A stretch of 64,000 bases of DNA. Source: Eledone cirrhosa (taxonomy: Eukaryota). This document shows, in pieces, positions 13,701-25,573 of the stretch (position 1 is the stretch's first letter; each line of letters starts with the position of its first letter). The stretch lies in contig OZ024755.1 of the NCBI GenBank assembly GCA_964016885.1, positions 4,402,001 to 4,466,000 on the forward strand, in the 5' to 3' direction. Under the pieces are notes generated by a model. That model was given only the letters and a program-made list of their open reading frames with translations, was not told where the DNA came from and did not search any database. Both the position numbers and the translations under genes were made by a program.

Positions 13701-14136
13701 CAGGTGATGTGTTGTCTCCTTGAGCAAGACACTTTATTTCACGTTGCTCCTGTTTACTCAGCTGTAGAAATGAGATGATAGGACTGGGGTCCCTATCATT
13801 AAATCACCCAAGACACCTCCAATGAGATATACCTTGGAGGAGGCCAGCTAAACCTGCATAGGTGTGAACTGTCACACACACACACATTAAGTTGGGGAGT
13901 TATAACTTTTATTTTTTGTTTTTTTTTGCCCATGACCCACAAAAATAAATCATATCTTTCACATAAAAATTTGAAAAGATCTGAAGCCTACAGACAACAT
14001 CCCAGTGGTTCCACTTATTGCTAACTCTTTCATTAAGTATTTATTTCTATATTGCAGATTGTCTGAACTGAATCTTCCAGTGCTATACCAAGTTCCCAAA
14101 GATTTTACTGATCCTGAACTAAAATGTGACCCCTGA
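141..14136 (+). CDS. 3' part of an unidentified multi-exon gene (5' end outside the window); possible coiled-coil, Lys/Glu-rich protein. Exons 141-242, 555-654, 1707-1739, 2262-2317, 8434-8505, 13216-13287, 14058-14136
   Basis: Each exon has an AG acceptor after a pyrimidine-rich tract, and the internal exons have GT donors. Phases chain in frame to give ...[170 protein letters not shown]. Additional exons may have been missed; no family recognised. Confidence 0.7.
823..1010 (-). mobile_element. tRNA-derived SINE (Meta/MESC-type central domain). Similar copies at ~7915-8092, 12965-13150, 32335-32515, 38115-38255, 42505-42620, 42770-42930, 46060-46170, 48960-49240, 50955-51510, 56280-56450, 59750-59850
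   Basis: Recurrent sequence ctgagttcaaatcccgccgaggttaactttgcctttcatccttacggggtcgataaaataaagtaccag (B-box-like GAGTTCAAATCC plus a conserved core) on both strands. Confidence 0.75.
1290..1475 (-). mobile_element. Dispersed repeat, probably a LINE 3' end (CR1/L2-like); partial copy at 5745-5830 (+)
   Basis: gagttgtagtgcacctgagcact(g/t)tacacaataatttcattat followed by an (ATT)-like tail, present twice in opposite orientations. Confidence 0.45.
1961..2142. repeat. 49-bp tandem repeat (~3.7 copies) inside a SINE-like element
   Basis: Unit taccattttacagagtgtactggatgcattttatcgtgtcaactagtac at 1961, 2010, 2059 and 2108. Confidence 0.9.
2571..2606 (+). ncRNA. Minimal type I hammerhead ribozyme motif
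   Basis: tctt-CTGATGA-a-ggac(tagc)gtcc-GAAA-cg-TT-aaga: stem I tctt/aaga, 4-bp stem II, palindromic stem III (ACGT), as in Penelope-associated minimal HHRs. Confidence 0.75.
2690..3188. repeat. (TA)n/(TATG)n microsatellite tract. Comparable tracts at 2365-2472, 4650-4896, 8630-8727, 44770-45540, 46810-46990, 62095-62570
   Basis: Visible dinucleotide repeats; they explain the YI/IY/HT-rich ORFs in the track. Confidence 0.95.
3413..4539. repeat. 112-bp tandem array (~10 near-identical copies) amplified from inside a SINE-like element with an RTE-type (GAT)n tail
   Basis: ORF track repeats every 112 nt. The unit contains ctgtaaatgtggttggtgttaggaagggcatccagctgtagaaa, also seen dispersed at 16930-16975, 28604-28640 and 50298-50330. 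The element continues to a (gat)n tail at 4625-4648. Confidence 0.92.
5953..7570. repeat. 41-bp minisatellite (~40 units) with a 653-bp higher-order duplication
   Basis: Unit gtcatcaccccttccttcctcagtcatctctagtgtgtgac. Variant units recur at a 653-bp offset (6328/6981, 6548/7201). Confidence 0.95.
8728..9164 (-). mobile_element. Foldback element in (TA)n (putative Penelope-like 3' end); family shared with 62571-63165
   Basis: Inverted arms 8889-9002 and 9051-9164 plus a unique tail 8728-8888. The tail is homologous to 63000-63165 (ggaaac..cttgttgagtcaaac...ttgttatcc). Confidence 0.65.
9186..9513 (+). mobile_element. Foldback element in (TA)n; partial copy at 2821-2893
   Basis: Arms 9186-9281 and 9331-9425, then an AT-rich tail; flanked by (TA)n on both sides. 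Contains a degenerate HHR-like motif cagaaga-tccc(gttaa)gggt-gaaa. Confidence 0.65.
11740..12690 (+). mobile_element. Degenerate RTE-type LINE 3' fragment
   Basis: Broken ORFs with [18 protein letters not shown] and [19 protein letters not shown] motifs typical of RTE/CR1 ORF2 C-termini; followed by (TTA/TTG)n. Confidence 0.75.
13643..13863 (+). mobile_element. tRNA-derived CORE-type SINE. Related copies at ~11017-11140, 19950-20050, 45953-46030, 52628-52900, 57934-58165(-), 63565-63815(-)
   Basis: A-box-like tggcttagtgg, B-box-like gagttcaattc, and core tgttgt(g/c)tccttgagcaagacacttta. Confidence 0.75.
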
Positions 14137-15151
14137 AGATATTGAACATCCTCTTAACTGATCCTCAACTAAAATATGTGATCATTGTAGATAACCAACA
14201 TATTGAACTTCCTCTTTTCTCATCTTACATTTTGGCATGTTGTAACTTTCATCTCTAGGATTCAATTTCTATTAACAGAAAATAATTTACAAAGGGTGAG
14301 GGTTCCCTCCATTATCTTCCTAACTGAAGAGTAAAAAAAAAATTCACAAAGCATCCCTTCCTGGTCAAACTATACAAAAATAATATTTACAAAGGATCGA
14401 AGGTTCTCTGAATTTAATTGTTTACTGCAAGGATCTGATCAAACTGGGAAAACGTGATATACATCTGAACAAAAGACATCTTACATATAATTGCTTTATA
14501 GAACATGGTATGTCAGTAAAGCAGCAACTAGATAACACTCTTTCTCACTCTCGCATTATTTGAACCATCCAAGAAACCTGGTCAGCAATATTGAACTGTT
14601 TCTATGGCTTCACTAACCGTATATATTATAAATCAAACAATGTGGTCTTTGTGAGATGTAAAACAGATTCCATAAATCTCACTTCTTCACCCTGTTACCA
14701 TATTTCAAATAAAATACATGCATTCAGGAATTTGAAGGATTTAGTAAAGCTGCCAGTTGATTTAAGCAACATCTGTACATGCTCTCTCATTCATTTTGTA
14801 ACCCTTTAAGAAGGAATATGATTTCACTTTCAGCCTATATCTGGAGTTTAAAAGATAATCACATCAAATATAAGTTACACTGTGTGAATGTATTTATGGT
14901 TAAGATGTTCTACATATAAGATGACAGAAAAATAATTAGAGAGTAAACCAGCTTTATTTAAATTTTAAGTTAAAAATATTTACAAAGATTGACGAGACCA
15001 GAACTCAAGATTCTGGGCCCCACAGCCAGTAAGGAAAGGTGGCGTAAAATTGATTATAGCAATCACAGTCCTAAGTTATCTCAGCAATGGAGATTTCAGC
15101 ATTTGTTATCACACAGATATCTTTGTACCTGCGTAAGTTTATTTGTTGCTG

Positions 15152-16528
15152 TCAGATTTTCTTTTCTGATGAATTTTGACAATGATGTTTATGCCTAGTT
15201 AAGTTAGCTTTTAATGAAAATGATTTTCCACAGATATCACAGTGATATGGTTTCTTTCTTGTATGAATATGTTTGTGTCTGGTTAAATCACCACTACCAG
15301 AGAATGATTTACTACAAACATCACAATGATATGGCTTTTCTCCTGTATGAATACGTTTGTGTTTAGTTAAGTTACCTCCCATAGAGAATGATTTGCCACA
15401 GATATTACATTGATAAGGTTTCTCTCCTGTATGAATGTATCTGTGAGTAATTAAGGCACTTCTTTGAGAGAATAATTTACCACAAATATCACAGTGATAT
15501 GGTTTCTCTCCAGTATGAATGTGTTTGTGGGTAATTAAGTGACATTTTTTAGTGAATAATTTGCCACAAATATCACAATTAAATGGTTTCTCTCCTGTAT
15601 GAATACGTTTGTGAGTAGTTACACTACTTTTTGCAGAGAATGATTTACCACAGATATCACAGTGATATGGTTTCTCTCCTGTATGAATGCGGTTGTGAAT
15701 ATTTTGGCTACTTTTCTTACAGAATGATTTACCACAAATATCACATTGGTAGGGCTTTTCTCCTGTATGAATCTGTTTGTGAACAAGCAAGATACGTTCT
15801 ATAGAGAATGATTTACCACAGATATCACAGTGATATGGTTTTTCTCCTGTGTGAATGTATTTGTGATGAGCTACCTCACCACTTCGGGTGAATGATTTAC
15901 CACAGATATTACAATGATATGGTTTTTCTCCTGTATGAATACGTTTATGAGTAATTAAGGTATTTCCTCTGGAAAATGATTTACCACAGATATCACAGTG
16001 GTATGGTTTCTCTCCTGTATGAATACGTTTGTGGCAAGTTAACTCCCAACACTGAGAAAATGATTCACCACAGATATTGCAGTGATATGGTTTCTCTCCT
16101 GTATGAATACGTTTGTGTTTGGCTAGGCTAGTACTTAGAGAGAATGATTTCCCACAAATATCACAATGATATGGTTTTTCTCCTGTATGAATTCGTTTGT
16201 GTCTAGTTAAGTCATTATTATGAGAGAACGATTTACCACAGATATCACAGTGATATGGTTTATCTCCTGTATGAATCCGTTTGTGTCTAGTTAAGTTATC
16301 TATTTGGGAAAATGATATACCACAGATATCACAGTGATATGGTTTCTCCCCTGTATGAACACGTTTATGTTTAGTCAAGTTACTTTTTGCAGCAAACGAC
16401 TTACCACAGAAATTACACTGATAGGGCTTCTCACCTGTATGGATACGTTTGTGGTTAATTAAGGTACTTTTTGTAGAGAATGACTTCTTGCAGATATCAC
16501 AGTGATATGATTTCCCTGTCTTTCCCAT
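15152..16528 (-). CDS. C2H2 zinc-finger protein, 16 tandem fingers, no effector domain
   Basis: 458-aa ORF made of CxxC-x12-HxxxH repeats with TGEKPY linkers. Confidence 0.95.
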   Translation of the reverse strand: MGKTGKSYHCDICKKSFSTKSTLINHKRIHTGEKPYQCNFCGKSFAAKSNLTKHKRVHTGEKPYHCDICGISFSQIDNLTRHKRIHTGDKPYHCDICGKSFSHNNDLTRHKRIHTGEKPYHCDICGKSFSLSTSLAKHKRIHTGEKPYHCNICGESFSQCWELTCHKRIHTGEKPYHCDICGKSFSRGNTLITHKRIHTGEKPYHCNICGKSFTRSGEVAHHKYIHTGEKPYHCDICGKSFSIERILLVHKQIHTGEKPYQCDICGKSFCKKSSQNIHNRIHTGEKPYHCDICGKSFSAKSSVTTHKRIHTGEKPFNCDICGKLFTKKCHLITHKHIHTGEKPYHCDICGKLFSQRSALITHRYIHTGEKPYQCNICGKSFSMGGNLTKHKRIHTGEKPYHCDVCSKSFSGSGDLTRHKHIHTRKKPYHCDICGKSFSLKANLTRHKHHCQNSSEKKI

Positions 16529-16757
16529 TATAAAATTACACTTTTATACTCTGTTACATCTAGTCTGCTTCTCATGTAATACATTTTCCATAAGCTTCCT
16601 TCTCCGCAATATATGGATGTTTATTTTTTATCCCTAACAAATATTTAACTGCTATATTTCTATCAACTGTGATTTTTTTGATATTTGAAGATTCCACAAA
16701 ATTCTGTGAAAACTTGTCCGACGCTAATTAGAATGAAAATTATCTTGCACACATTAA

Positions 16758-17109
16758 CCCTTTAGCATTTAAACCAGCCATATCCGGCCAGAATTTTCTC
16801 ACCTCTTTCAGTTCAAACCGACCATAACTGGTTACTCATATTGATGTTATGGTATTCATCATCATCATCATCATTTTACGTCCGCTTTTCCCTGCTTGCA
16901 AGGGTGGGACGGGAATTGATTCTGGCTTGATTTTTACAGCTGGATGCCCTTCCTAACACCAACCTCATTTACAGTGAGTACTGGGTGCTTTTTTGCCGTG
17001 GCACCTCCACGACCATTTTGCAGTATTTCATAGCTTTGATAATATGTGAGGTAAAGCCTTTACTGTGAAAATACAATAATAAATATAAAGTAATGTAAAT
17101 GCTAAAGGG
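16758..17109. mobile_element. piggyBac-like MITE with a nested SINE fragment. Family copies at 33177-33579, 55579-55781, 57739-58201
   Basis: TIRs CCCTTTAGCATTTA / TAAATGCTAAAGGG flanked by TTAA on both sides. Confidence 0.85.
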
Positions 17110-17737
17110 TTAAAGATAATAGAAGTAGAAAAATGGTGCTATTAATCTCAGTTCAGAGGAAATATTTGCCAGTAATCAGATCAGGTGTTGCAACATGTAG
17201 ATAGTATCAGCTATGGAAAAACCAATGGAAATATTGTTTACTTGGTTCGATTCAACAAGTTCCAACCTACTCGATAAATAAATGAGGTCTGGGATCTTGT
17301 CTACCTCTTAAAGAAATTCCACAATATATTTATATAAACAGGGTTATATCTGTTCTATGTAATATCTTCCTTTAGTTTTCAAAAGATGATAATGTATTGG
17401 TGATAGATCTCAAGTAAAGATTTGTTCTTTCGATGTCATCTGATGTTCTGAAATAATAAAGAAACAGCATAAGATATAAAGGATAGTTAGTTAAAAGGTA
17501 GAGATTCAACAGTGGAAACTTTACTACATTTCTATATTAATAAACTTAATATATAAACCTCAGCCAGGACTATTGAGCTTATCCAATGTATCCAACCTCT
17601 TTTCAAGACTAAGATGTGTTCTATATTATAATATAGCACACATACACACACAGATATACCTGTTTAATATTGAAGAAAGTGAGAATGAGTACTCAATATA
17701 TATATACACACACACATATATAGATATAGATATATAT

Positions 17738-18000
17738 AGGAAAAAGTATGACCCCGACGGCAGAGCTCAAGCCGTTTCGACGGCTATTTCTGGACTAAAT
17801 TAGAATTTTTAGCCTGGTGAATAAATGGGCTATTTATTCACAGGGCTAAAAATTCTAATTTAGTCCAGAAATAGCCGTCGAAACGGCTTGAGCTCTGCCG
17901 TCGGGGTCATACTTTTTCCTGTTTCCCACTCTACTACCTTAAGTATTGATTACTCTCATGCGTTATGGTCCATTTGGTTCCTTACCACAATTCCTTTGTT
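17738..18000 (+). mobile_element. Foldback element in (TA)n. Family copies at 44046-44218, 44581-44772, 53234-53535, 54881-54938
   Basis: Arms 17738-17826 and 17832-17920, then a conserved ~80-nt tail (cccactctactacc...ggttccttaccaca.ttcct) ending at (TA)n. Confidence 0.75.
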
Positions 18001-18168
18001 ATATATATATGTGTGTTTTAAGAAGCGAATTCGTTCTGTTGTTAGTGTAGTTTTTGTATAACAGAAAAGTGTTTTTCAATAACCTTTCAGCTTGGCATAA
18101 GCTAATGCCGTGACGGTGATGAATTTGTTTTGCAAGGTTTTTGATATGAAATCGTGTGTCGAAACAAA

Positions 18169-18303
18169 TATTGTTATACTTGGGGAGGGTCATATTGTAA
18201 TAATATTGCCAGAAATAATAACCAACCAAAAAGTGAGTGTGTTCTGTTATTATTTCTGGCAATATTATTACAACAATATGACCCTCCCCAAGTATAACAA
18301 TAT
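18169..18303. repeat. Inverted repeat with ~52-bp arms next to (TA)n
   Basis: atattgttatacttggggagggtcatattgtaataatattgccagaaataata is mirrored at 18248-18303. Confidence 0.85.
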
Positions 18304-18862
18304 ATATATAGAGAGAGATATGAATCATCTATACATCCGAATTAAAGAGCACAAACACAGAAATGATTCTATGTTAAGGAACACTTGCAGAAACACATTG
18401 CATGAGTAAGCTTTATCTGAACCAATTACAGTTAAGTATACGATTTTACTCTAAGATGAATACTTCTGCTGCAATTGTCTCACCAGGAAGATGACATCGG
18501 CAGTGCCTCCCTCCAGCACAAGCCTGAACTGCATCTCATCAAGGATAATTCTGTCTCTAATCAGGTCAGGCTTCTGTCTGCTACTGGTACTATGTAACCC
18601 AGTATAACCTGCTTCATGGTCGAGTGGTCGGTGACTAAACCAGCTCCACCCACAGGACTCTGGCATGGTGAAGAGCGTAATTGAAACCCCAGCAGGACAA
18701 ACAAACAAAAAAAAAAACGAGCTGTTAAAAAGGGCGGACGAACTCTTCAGCGTCAACGGCCACCCACCCGAACTATGGGTTAAATAGCCTCAACAACCTG
18801 CAAGTGTGGTGAATATGGCTACACCCTGAAGACATGACCAACACCACATCGATAACAGTAGA

Positions 18863-19434
18863 TGTTTATATATATTAATAATAATACTTACATATTAATA
18901 TAGACCCAATAGGAAGATGTCACAATATGTTTAAGTAGTCAGAACTTAAGTCACCATAGACAATAACAGCTTGAAGAGAACTTCTTGATTTTACAGTAAA
19001 ACGTTTATATTTTCAGGTCATCGAAATAAAGAATGCTGTAACTATTTCTTTACACGGTTAATTAGTTAATCATCTATATTTAATTAGAGGCAATAATATA
19101 GATGTTTATCAAACAATCGCAGGAAATGAACAGAATTTCAGGGGAAGTAACTCTATTTCTAGTTTCGGCATAATTTCCTGCGATTGTTTGATAAACATCT
19201 ATATTATTGACTCTAATTAAATATAGATGATTGCTAATTAACTGCGTAAAGAAATGGTTACAGAATTCTTTATTATGACGATCTGAAAATATAAACGTTT
19301 TACTGTAAAATCTAGAAGTTCTCTTCAAGCTGTTATTATCTATGGTGACAAGTTCTGACTACTTAAACATATTGTGACATCTTCCTATTGGGTCTATATT
19401 AATATGTAAGTATTATTATTAATATATATAAACA
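18863..19434. promoter_or_regulatory. Palindromic head-to-head promoter and non-coding first-exon region of two divergent ZNF genes
   Basis: Arms of ~263 bp (18863-19127, 19173-19434). Each has a GTAAGT donor pointing outward (19406 on +, 18891 on -). The same block recurs upstream of the ZNF genes at 23603-23865 and 29330-29592. Confidence 0.65.
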
Positions 19435-20962
19435 GCTATATTGTATATGTGTCATTTTACATATATCTCTTTGTTTTGATGTGTTCAGTGAGATAAAGGA
19501 AAGAAACTGTAGAAAATAAAGGACTTTTACGTTAGTAAGAATGATGTCTCAATAGTTTCATTGTTTCGTTTTCCTTTCAACACTCCATTCCTATTTTTAT
19601 TATTCCCCACATGTTAATATCAATAGAAAGATAAAGTTTATTTCTCTACATTGTGTAGACATTATTTACGTTTATTTCTAACATATAAACTGAACAACCC
19701 TTGTCAAATATCAGTAATTCGAACTGAAAGCTTGTTAGACATCGATATTAATTATTTACTCAACCAGATAGTGTGAAATATAAATGTACTATAAATAGAG
19801 ACGTGTATGTATTCGAGAGGCCTAAGTAAACAGAAAAGTCCATAGTTTTAGTAAGCAGAAAAGAAAACAGGACTCTGATATGATCAACGAAGCCGCCGTG
19901 TTCTATATACAGAAAAGGTAGACTTATTAATATAATTACATTTGGAATGTAAGGCGCGTAGCTTACTGGATTCACAATCGTGAGTTCGATTCCCGGAACG
20001 GGTGATTCGTTGTATTCTTGAGCAAGACATTTTATTTTAGCTATAGAAATGAGTTGTGATGACACTAGTACCAAGCTGTATCGTCCTTTGCCTTTCCCTT
20101 GGACAGGGGAGACTGGTGGTACAGAAAGAAACTTTGTTGGTGCGAAACTCATATTTTCGATGGACGTACTGGAAGTAGTTCATAACTTCTATTATTTAGG
20201 TGATCTAATTAGCAAGTGGATGAGGTGGACACTAAAAACATAAGAATTGGCTGGGAAATGTTCACGGAGTTGATACCTCTGCCAGCAGCAACAAAACTTT
20301 TCTCTGATTGTACAAGGGAAGGCATCTGATCTGTCCACCTTCGTTGTCCCCGACTATCCCCTACTGGGTGGATACATTAGATGGATTTAAATATTTAGAA
20401 GAACCTTTATATCTACAGTTTATCATTATAGAAATGTAGTAAAATTTGTGTTGTTGAACCTTTACTTTTTAAGTGTTTTCTACCTCTTTATGTTTTTGAA
20501 AAATATATTTTTATTATTTCAGAATATCAGATGACATTGGCATAACATAATTTTTTACTTGAGATCCATCACTAATATTTGTCATCGCTTAAAGACTAAA
20601 GGAAGATATTATTCAGAACAAATATAACCCTGTTTATATCGTGGAAGTTGTCTTCTTTAAATTATCAACAAGCTCCCAGGTCTTTTAAATTGAGATTAAT
20701 AGCAACATTTCTCTTCTTTCTCTGTCTGGAATGTGTATAAAATGAATTTACATTCCAATTAAACTGGGACACATTTACAAAATAGTTTGTATCAACTGTT
20801 GATGGAAAGGCCATAGAAGAAATATTTGTTAGGCATCATCTCTGAAAACAAAGAGAAGGGAATATCAAAATATTGTGGTGAGAAACAAATATAGAAAATG
20901 AATTATGTGAGAACCAGCTTCAATATAAAATATAACTGAGCCTGATTAATTTTCCACAGGAG

Positions 20963-21910
20963 ATGCCGAAAGAGATGAGAGAAACATCATACCACTGTAA
21001 TATTTGTGGTAAATCATTCTCTCAAAATTGTTACCTCACTATTCACAAACGTATTCATACAGGGGAGAAACCATATCACTGTGATACCTGTGACAAATCG
21101 TTCTATGCAAGAGGCAAGTTAACTGCTCACAAGCGCATTCATTCAGGAAAGAAGCCATATCAATGTGATGTCTGTGGTAAATCATTCTCTCACAAAAGTA
21201 CCCTAAAAACTCACACATATATTCATACAGGAGAGAAACCATACCACTGTGATATCTGTGGGAAATCATTCTCTGAGAGTGGTGATATAACTATACATAA
21301 ACGGATTCACACAGGAGAGAAACCATACCACTGTGATATTTGTGGTAAATCTTTTTCTCACAAAGGTAACCTAAGTACTCATAAACGAATTCATACAGGA
21401 GAAAAACCATATCACTGTGATGTCTGTGGGAAATCATTCTCTCAGTGTGGGGTCTTAACTACACACAAACGTATTCATACAGGGGAGAAACCATATCACT
21501 GTGATATCTGTGGGAAGTCCTTTTCTGAAAATGGTCACTTAACTAGCCACAATCGCATTCATACAGGGGAAAAACCATATCGGTGTAATATCTGTGGTGT
21601 ATCATTCACAAGAGGAAATACCTTAATTACTCACACATACATTCATACAGGAGAGAAGCCATATCATTGTGATATCTGTGGTAAATCGTTCTCTGAAAGG
21701 AGTCACTTAACTAAACACAAACGGATCCATACAGGAGAGAAACCATATCAGTGTCAAATCTGTGGTAAAGCATTCTCTGGTAGTAGCGATTTAACTACCC
21801 ATGTACGTATACATACAGGAGAGAAACCATATCATTGTGTTGTCTGTGGTAAATCTTTTTCTCAAAAATATCCTTTAACTACACATGTATGTATTCATAC
21901 AAAAAAGTGA
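20963..21910 (+). CDS. C2H2 zinc-finger protein, 11 fingers
   Basis: 315-aa ORF of tandem fingers; putative exon-2 acceptor (tttcag|aatatcag) at 20522/20523. Confidence 0.95.
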   Translation: MPKEMRETSYHCNICGKSFSQNCYLTIHKRIHTGEKPYHCDTCDKSFYARGKLTAHKRIHSGKKPYQCDVCGKSFSHKSTLKTHTYIHTGEKPYHCDICGKSFSESGDITIHKRIHTGEKPYHCDICGKSFSHKGNLSTHKRIHTGEKPYHCDVCGKSFSQCGVLTTHKRIHTGEKPYHCDICGKSFSENGHLTSHNRIHTGEKPYRCNICGVSFTRGNTLITHTYIHTGEKPYHCDICGKSFSERSHLTKHKRIHTGEKPYQCQICGKAFSGSSDLTTHVRIHTGEKPYHCVVCGKSFSQKYPLTTHVCIHTKK

Positions 21911-24139
21911 CTGCGTCAGTATCAAAAGTAATTCTGTGAAAAAATTAAACATAAATGTATTGACACAAGAAAGAACCTCCCAATATTATATCTTGGTAAC
22001 CACAACTGTATCTACATTTGTGAGATAACTTACTACTCTGATATTTTATTAAAAACTTTCTTTCAGAATATTCATATATAATCTTTTGTCATCTCAACTA
22101 TGGAGCCCAGAATCCTGAGTTCTGGCCTCATCATTCTTTGTAAATGTTCTTAACTTAAAATTGAAATAAAGTTGATTTACTCTGAAATTCTTCTTCTGTT
22201 ATCTTATATGTAGAACATCTCAACAAAATTTGTATTAAGACAACCATAAACAGTAGAATTTACATTCAACACCGTTCTCTCTCTTGCACTCTTCTCAGTG
22301 ATCACAACTACATTAGAATTGATGTAGATATTCATACCAGTGTGTAACTGTACAAACATATTGTCACCAAATTTAGGTGGCACTCAACTTTTAAAGGATT
22401 TTCCTGAATATATTCACTGTATATATTCACCTAAAGCTTCCTTTAGAAATATACAGAAGCTGAAAGAACCTTCAGCTGGGGGAAAAATTAAGAGATCCTT
22501 ATTGATGCTGACTACAAAAGGGAAGAAGTAATGGAGGTTTATAACCTAGAAGAAAATTGAGAATTTCTACAACCCCACCTGGTGAAGGCCATAGACTTGA
22601 CCCAGGTTGATGGGAAGTGACATGGTGAAGGAATGATAGAACAGATAGAGCCATGATGCTAAAGAAGAGAAAAGGTCTATAAGGAGATGCAACTAATCTA
22701 CTAGCCAGTGAACAATATAGTAGAAATAGTGATTAGTTAGTTAGGTCTATAGTTAATTAGTAGTAGAAGGTGTCATACCTAATGATTGGTACAGCAGTGT
22801 CATTGTCAACTATTATAAGAGCAATGTTTAAGTAATAGTGTATGTTGCCATACCGAGTGATTGGTACAGTAGTGTCATTGTCAACTATTACAAGAGAAAA
22901 GGTGCAGTACAGAGAGGTATCAAGTGGGATTACAGAGTGGGGAATTCTGTCAAAAGCCTTCTCCAGATTTACAAATGTTAAAACTAAAAAGGTGTGGAAA
23001 CTCGTCATGTATGTAAGTGAAAAGCGGGCGTTAAACGACGACAATGATGATTATATGTGTGACTGTAATATTTTGAGCCAATGGATGGATGGTAAACTTA
23101 ATATCAACTGTCAAGAACATGCTGACAACCTGACCTGGGTGAACTGTTACGTTGACCAAAATTAGCGCACCACCATAGCAAAAAGTTAAGGGAAATATAC
23201 TGATTTAGACTTACACAAATAATAAAATGCGTTAAAGATATATATGTTGAGCTACTATTTCTTGCAATGGCAAGAATACGGTGGTAGCTTGTGTATTAAG
23301 TATTACAAAATATCCCCAAACCAGTAACTTTGAAAGGTACATTTAATCTGTGTTCGTGTACTACAGTGGCAAATAATGTTTATGTGCTTTTGGAGGCATT
23401 TTGCCAAAAGCTTGGACTTTTGTCTGGTGAAAGAGTATTGATTAAAAAAAAGATATTATCAAATATACAGATTTTAGACGATAAAAGAAATTTAAAATCC
23501 TTCCTCAAACACCTCGGGTGTTATTAAATGTTTTGTTGAATCTAAAATTAGAGTTACTTCCCCTGGCAGTTTATTGTTAACTCTTCTGAAATAATTCTGT
23601 TCATTTCCTGCGATTGTTTGATAAACATCTATATTATTGGCTCTAATTAAATAAAGATGATTAACTAATTAACCGTGTAAAGAAATAGTTACAGCATTCT
23701 TTATTATGATGATCTGAAAATATAAACGTTTTACTGTAAAATCTAGAAGTTCTCCTCAAGCTGTTATTATCTATGGTGACAAGTTCTGACTACTTAAACA
23801 TATTGTGACATCTTCCTATTGGGTCTGTATTAATATGTAAGTATTATTATTAATATATATAAACAGCTATATTGTATATGTGTCATTTTACATATATCTC
23901 TTTGTTTTGATGTGTTCAGTGAGGTAAAGGAAAGAAACTGTAGAAAATAAAGAAGAACTTTTACGTTAGTAAGAATGATGTCTCAATAGTTTCATTGTTT
24001 CGTTTTCCTTTCGACACTCCATTCCTATTTTTATTGTTCCCCACATGTTAATATCAATAGAAAGATACTATTTCTCTACATTGTCTAGACATTATTTACG
24101 TTGGTGGTAGAGAAAACACTATATATATATATATACACA

Positions 24140-24421
24140 TAGAAGTAGTTCCACAACAGTTCACCATATCGAGAATAAATGTTTCACCTTAAACGGTTCT
24201 TCAGCTCGGTCTGAGTGTAGTCGTACGGTAAAGGAAAACCAAGCGATATATGGTTGTCTCTCCTTTTCCGTACAACTCCACCCAGACCGAGTTGGAGATC
24301 CGCTTAAGGTGAAACATTTGTTCTCGGTATGGTGAATTAACTGTTGTGGAACTACTTCTACCAAACTCGTCCCATGGACTGAGTGCTCTATTACTACGGA
24401 TATAACTCTCCAGCGTTCTAC

Positions 24422-24425
<4 letters not shown>
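24140..24425 (+). mobile_element. Foldback element in (TA)n with a hammerhead core
   Basis: Imperfect palindrome 24140-24360 plus tail. The left arm read on the - strand is ccgag-CTGAAGA-acc(gtttaa)ggt-GAAAC-attt-att-ctcg; the right arm has GAAAC-attt-GTT-ctcgg. Confidence 0.7.
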
Positions 24426-24485
<60 letters not shown>

Positions 24486-24488
<3 letters not shown>

Positions 24489-24652
24489 GGGTTCAATCGG
24501 GGGTAACCACAGTAAGTAAGGTAATCAATACATAGCAGAGTATAAATATTTACTATAGAAATGGCTTCTACAGAACTAGAACTGTTTTATTCGGAAGAAA
24601 TCGCCAGGAAAGCCCTGGGCTTTCCTGTAGAAGCATTTCTATATTATATAAA
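24486..24652 (-). mobile_element. (TA)n-associated element; family copies at 44868-44929, 53553-53757 and a fragment at ~11550-11590
   Basis: Shared end cccgggttcaatcgggggtaaccacagtaagtaaggta.tcaatacatag, plus a short inverted segment (atagaaatggcttctacag / ctgtagaagcatttctat). Confidence 0.65.
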
Positions 24653-25573
24653 TATATATATATATATATATATAATATATATTTGTACACAAACGCCGGA
24701 CAACAGAGGCCACGTACCGTTCCTCTCCGACTAAAAACTCCCCCCCCCCCTCGAAAAAACCCAGTTGTGGGATGCGAAATCCGAAATATAGGGACAATTA
24801 AATCTCTTCCAAGGTAACTCTATCTCGTGTTATTATTTTTACGCTCTTTCCTACGCTCCTCTACACACTATACATGTCATTCTACATTTCCTCTTACATC
24901 TCTCTCTTCACCACCTGATTCTGTTACCCGGAGATTTACCCATCTGCATTGTTGAGGCTACCAAAACGACCAAATTTTTTAATGTATATATATATATATA
25001 TATATATATCGACAGTCGATTGACAAGAGCAATCTGGAGTGAAGTGTTTCATCCCAAAACAATACTTTCCAGGAATTGAACCTACGACAGATATCGATAT
25101 TATTTACCCTCCCATATAGTTTGATAAATGTGTATCCTACAGTCATGAAAAAGGGATGGGAACATTGGATAAGTTGAAATGTTTAGTAAAAACTTTATAT
25201 TTATAATTTATCAATATAGAAATATAGTAAAATTTCTCTATTCTTTTAGTATCCTTTATATCTTATACTGTTGCTTTATTATTTCAGAATATCAGAGGAC
25301 ATTGGCATAACAGCATATATTTCTTGTGATCCATCATCAATATTTATAAACTTTTGAAGACAAAGAGAAAATTTTATACAGAAGAAATATAACTCTGTTT
25401 ATATAAATCTCTGGTATAATTACTGTAAAATATTTCCTCTCAACTAAGATTTCTCTACAATATTTCCCTTCTTCATTGTCCAGAAAGTGTACAAGATAAT
25501 TTTCATTTCATAATTTTACCATTTGTTGTTTAACACTTGAACAAAAATAAGAAAATTATCTGTATCGTGTTGC

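Noticed and set aside
13643-13720. tRNA-like A/B boxes here and in other copies
   Set aside because: These are SINE heads; no full cloverleaf, and they continue into SINE core sequence.
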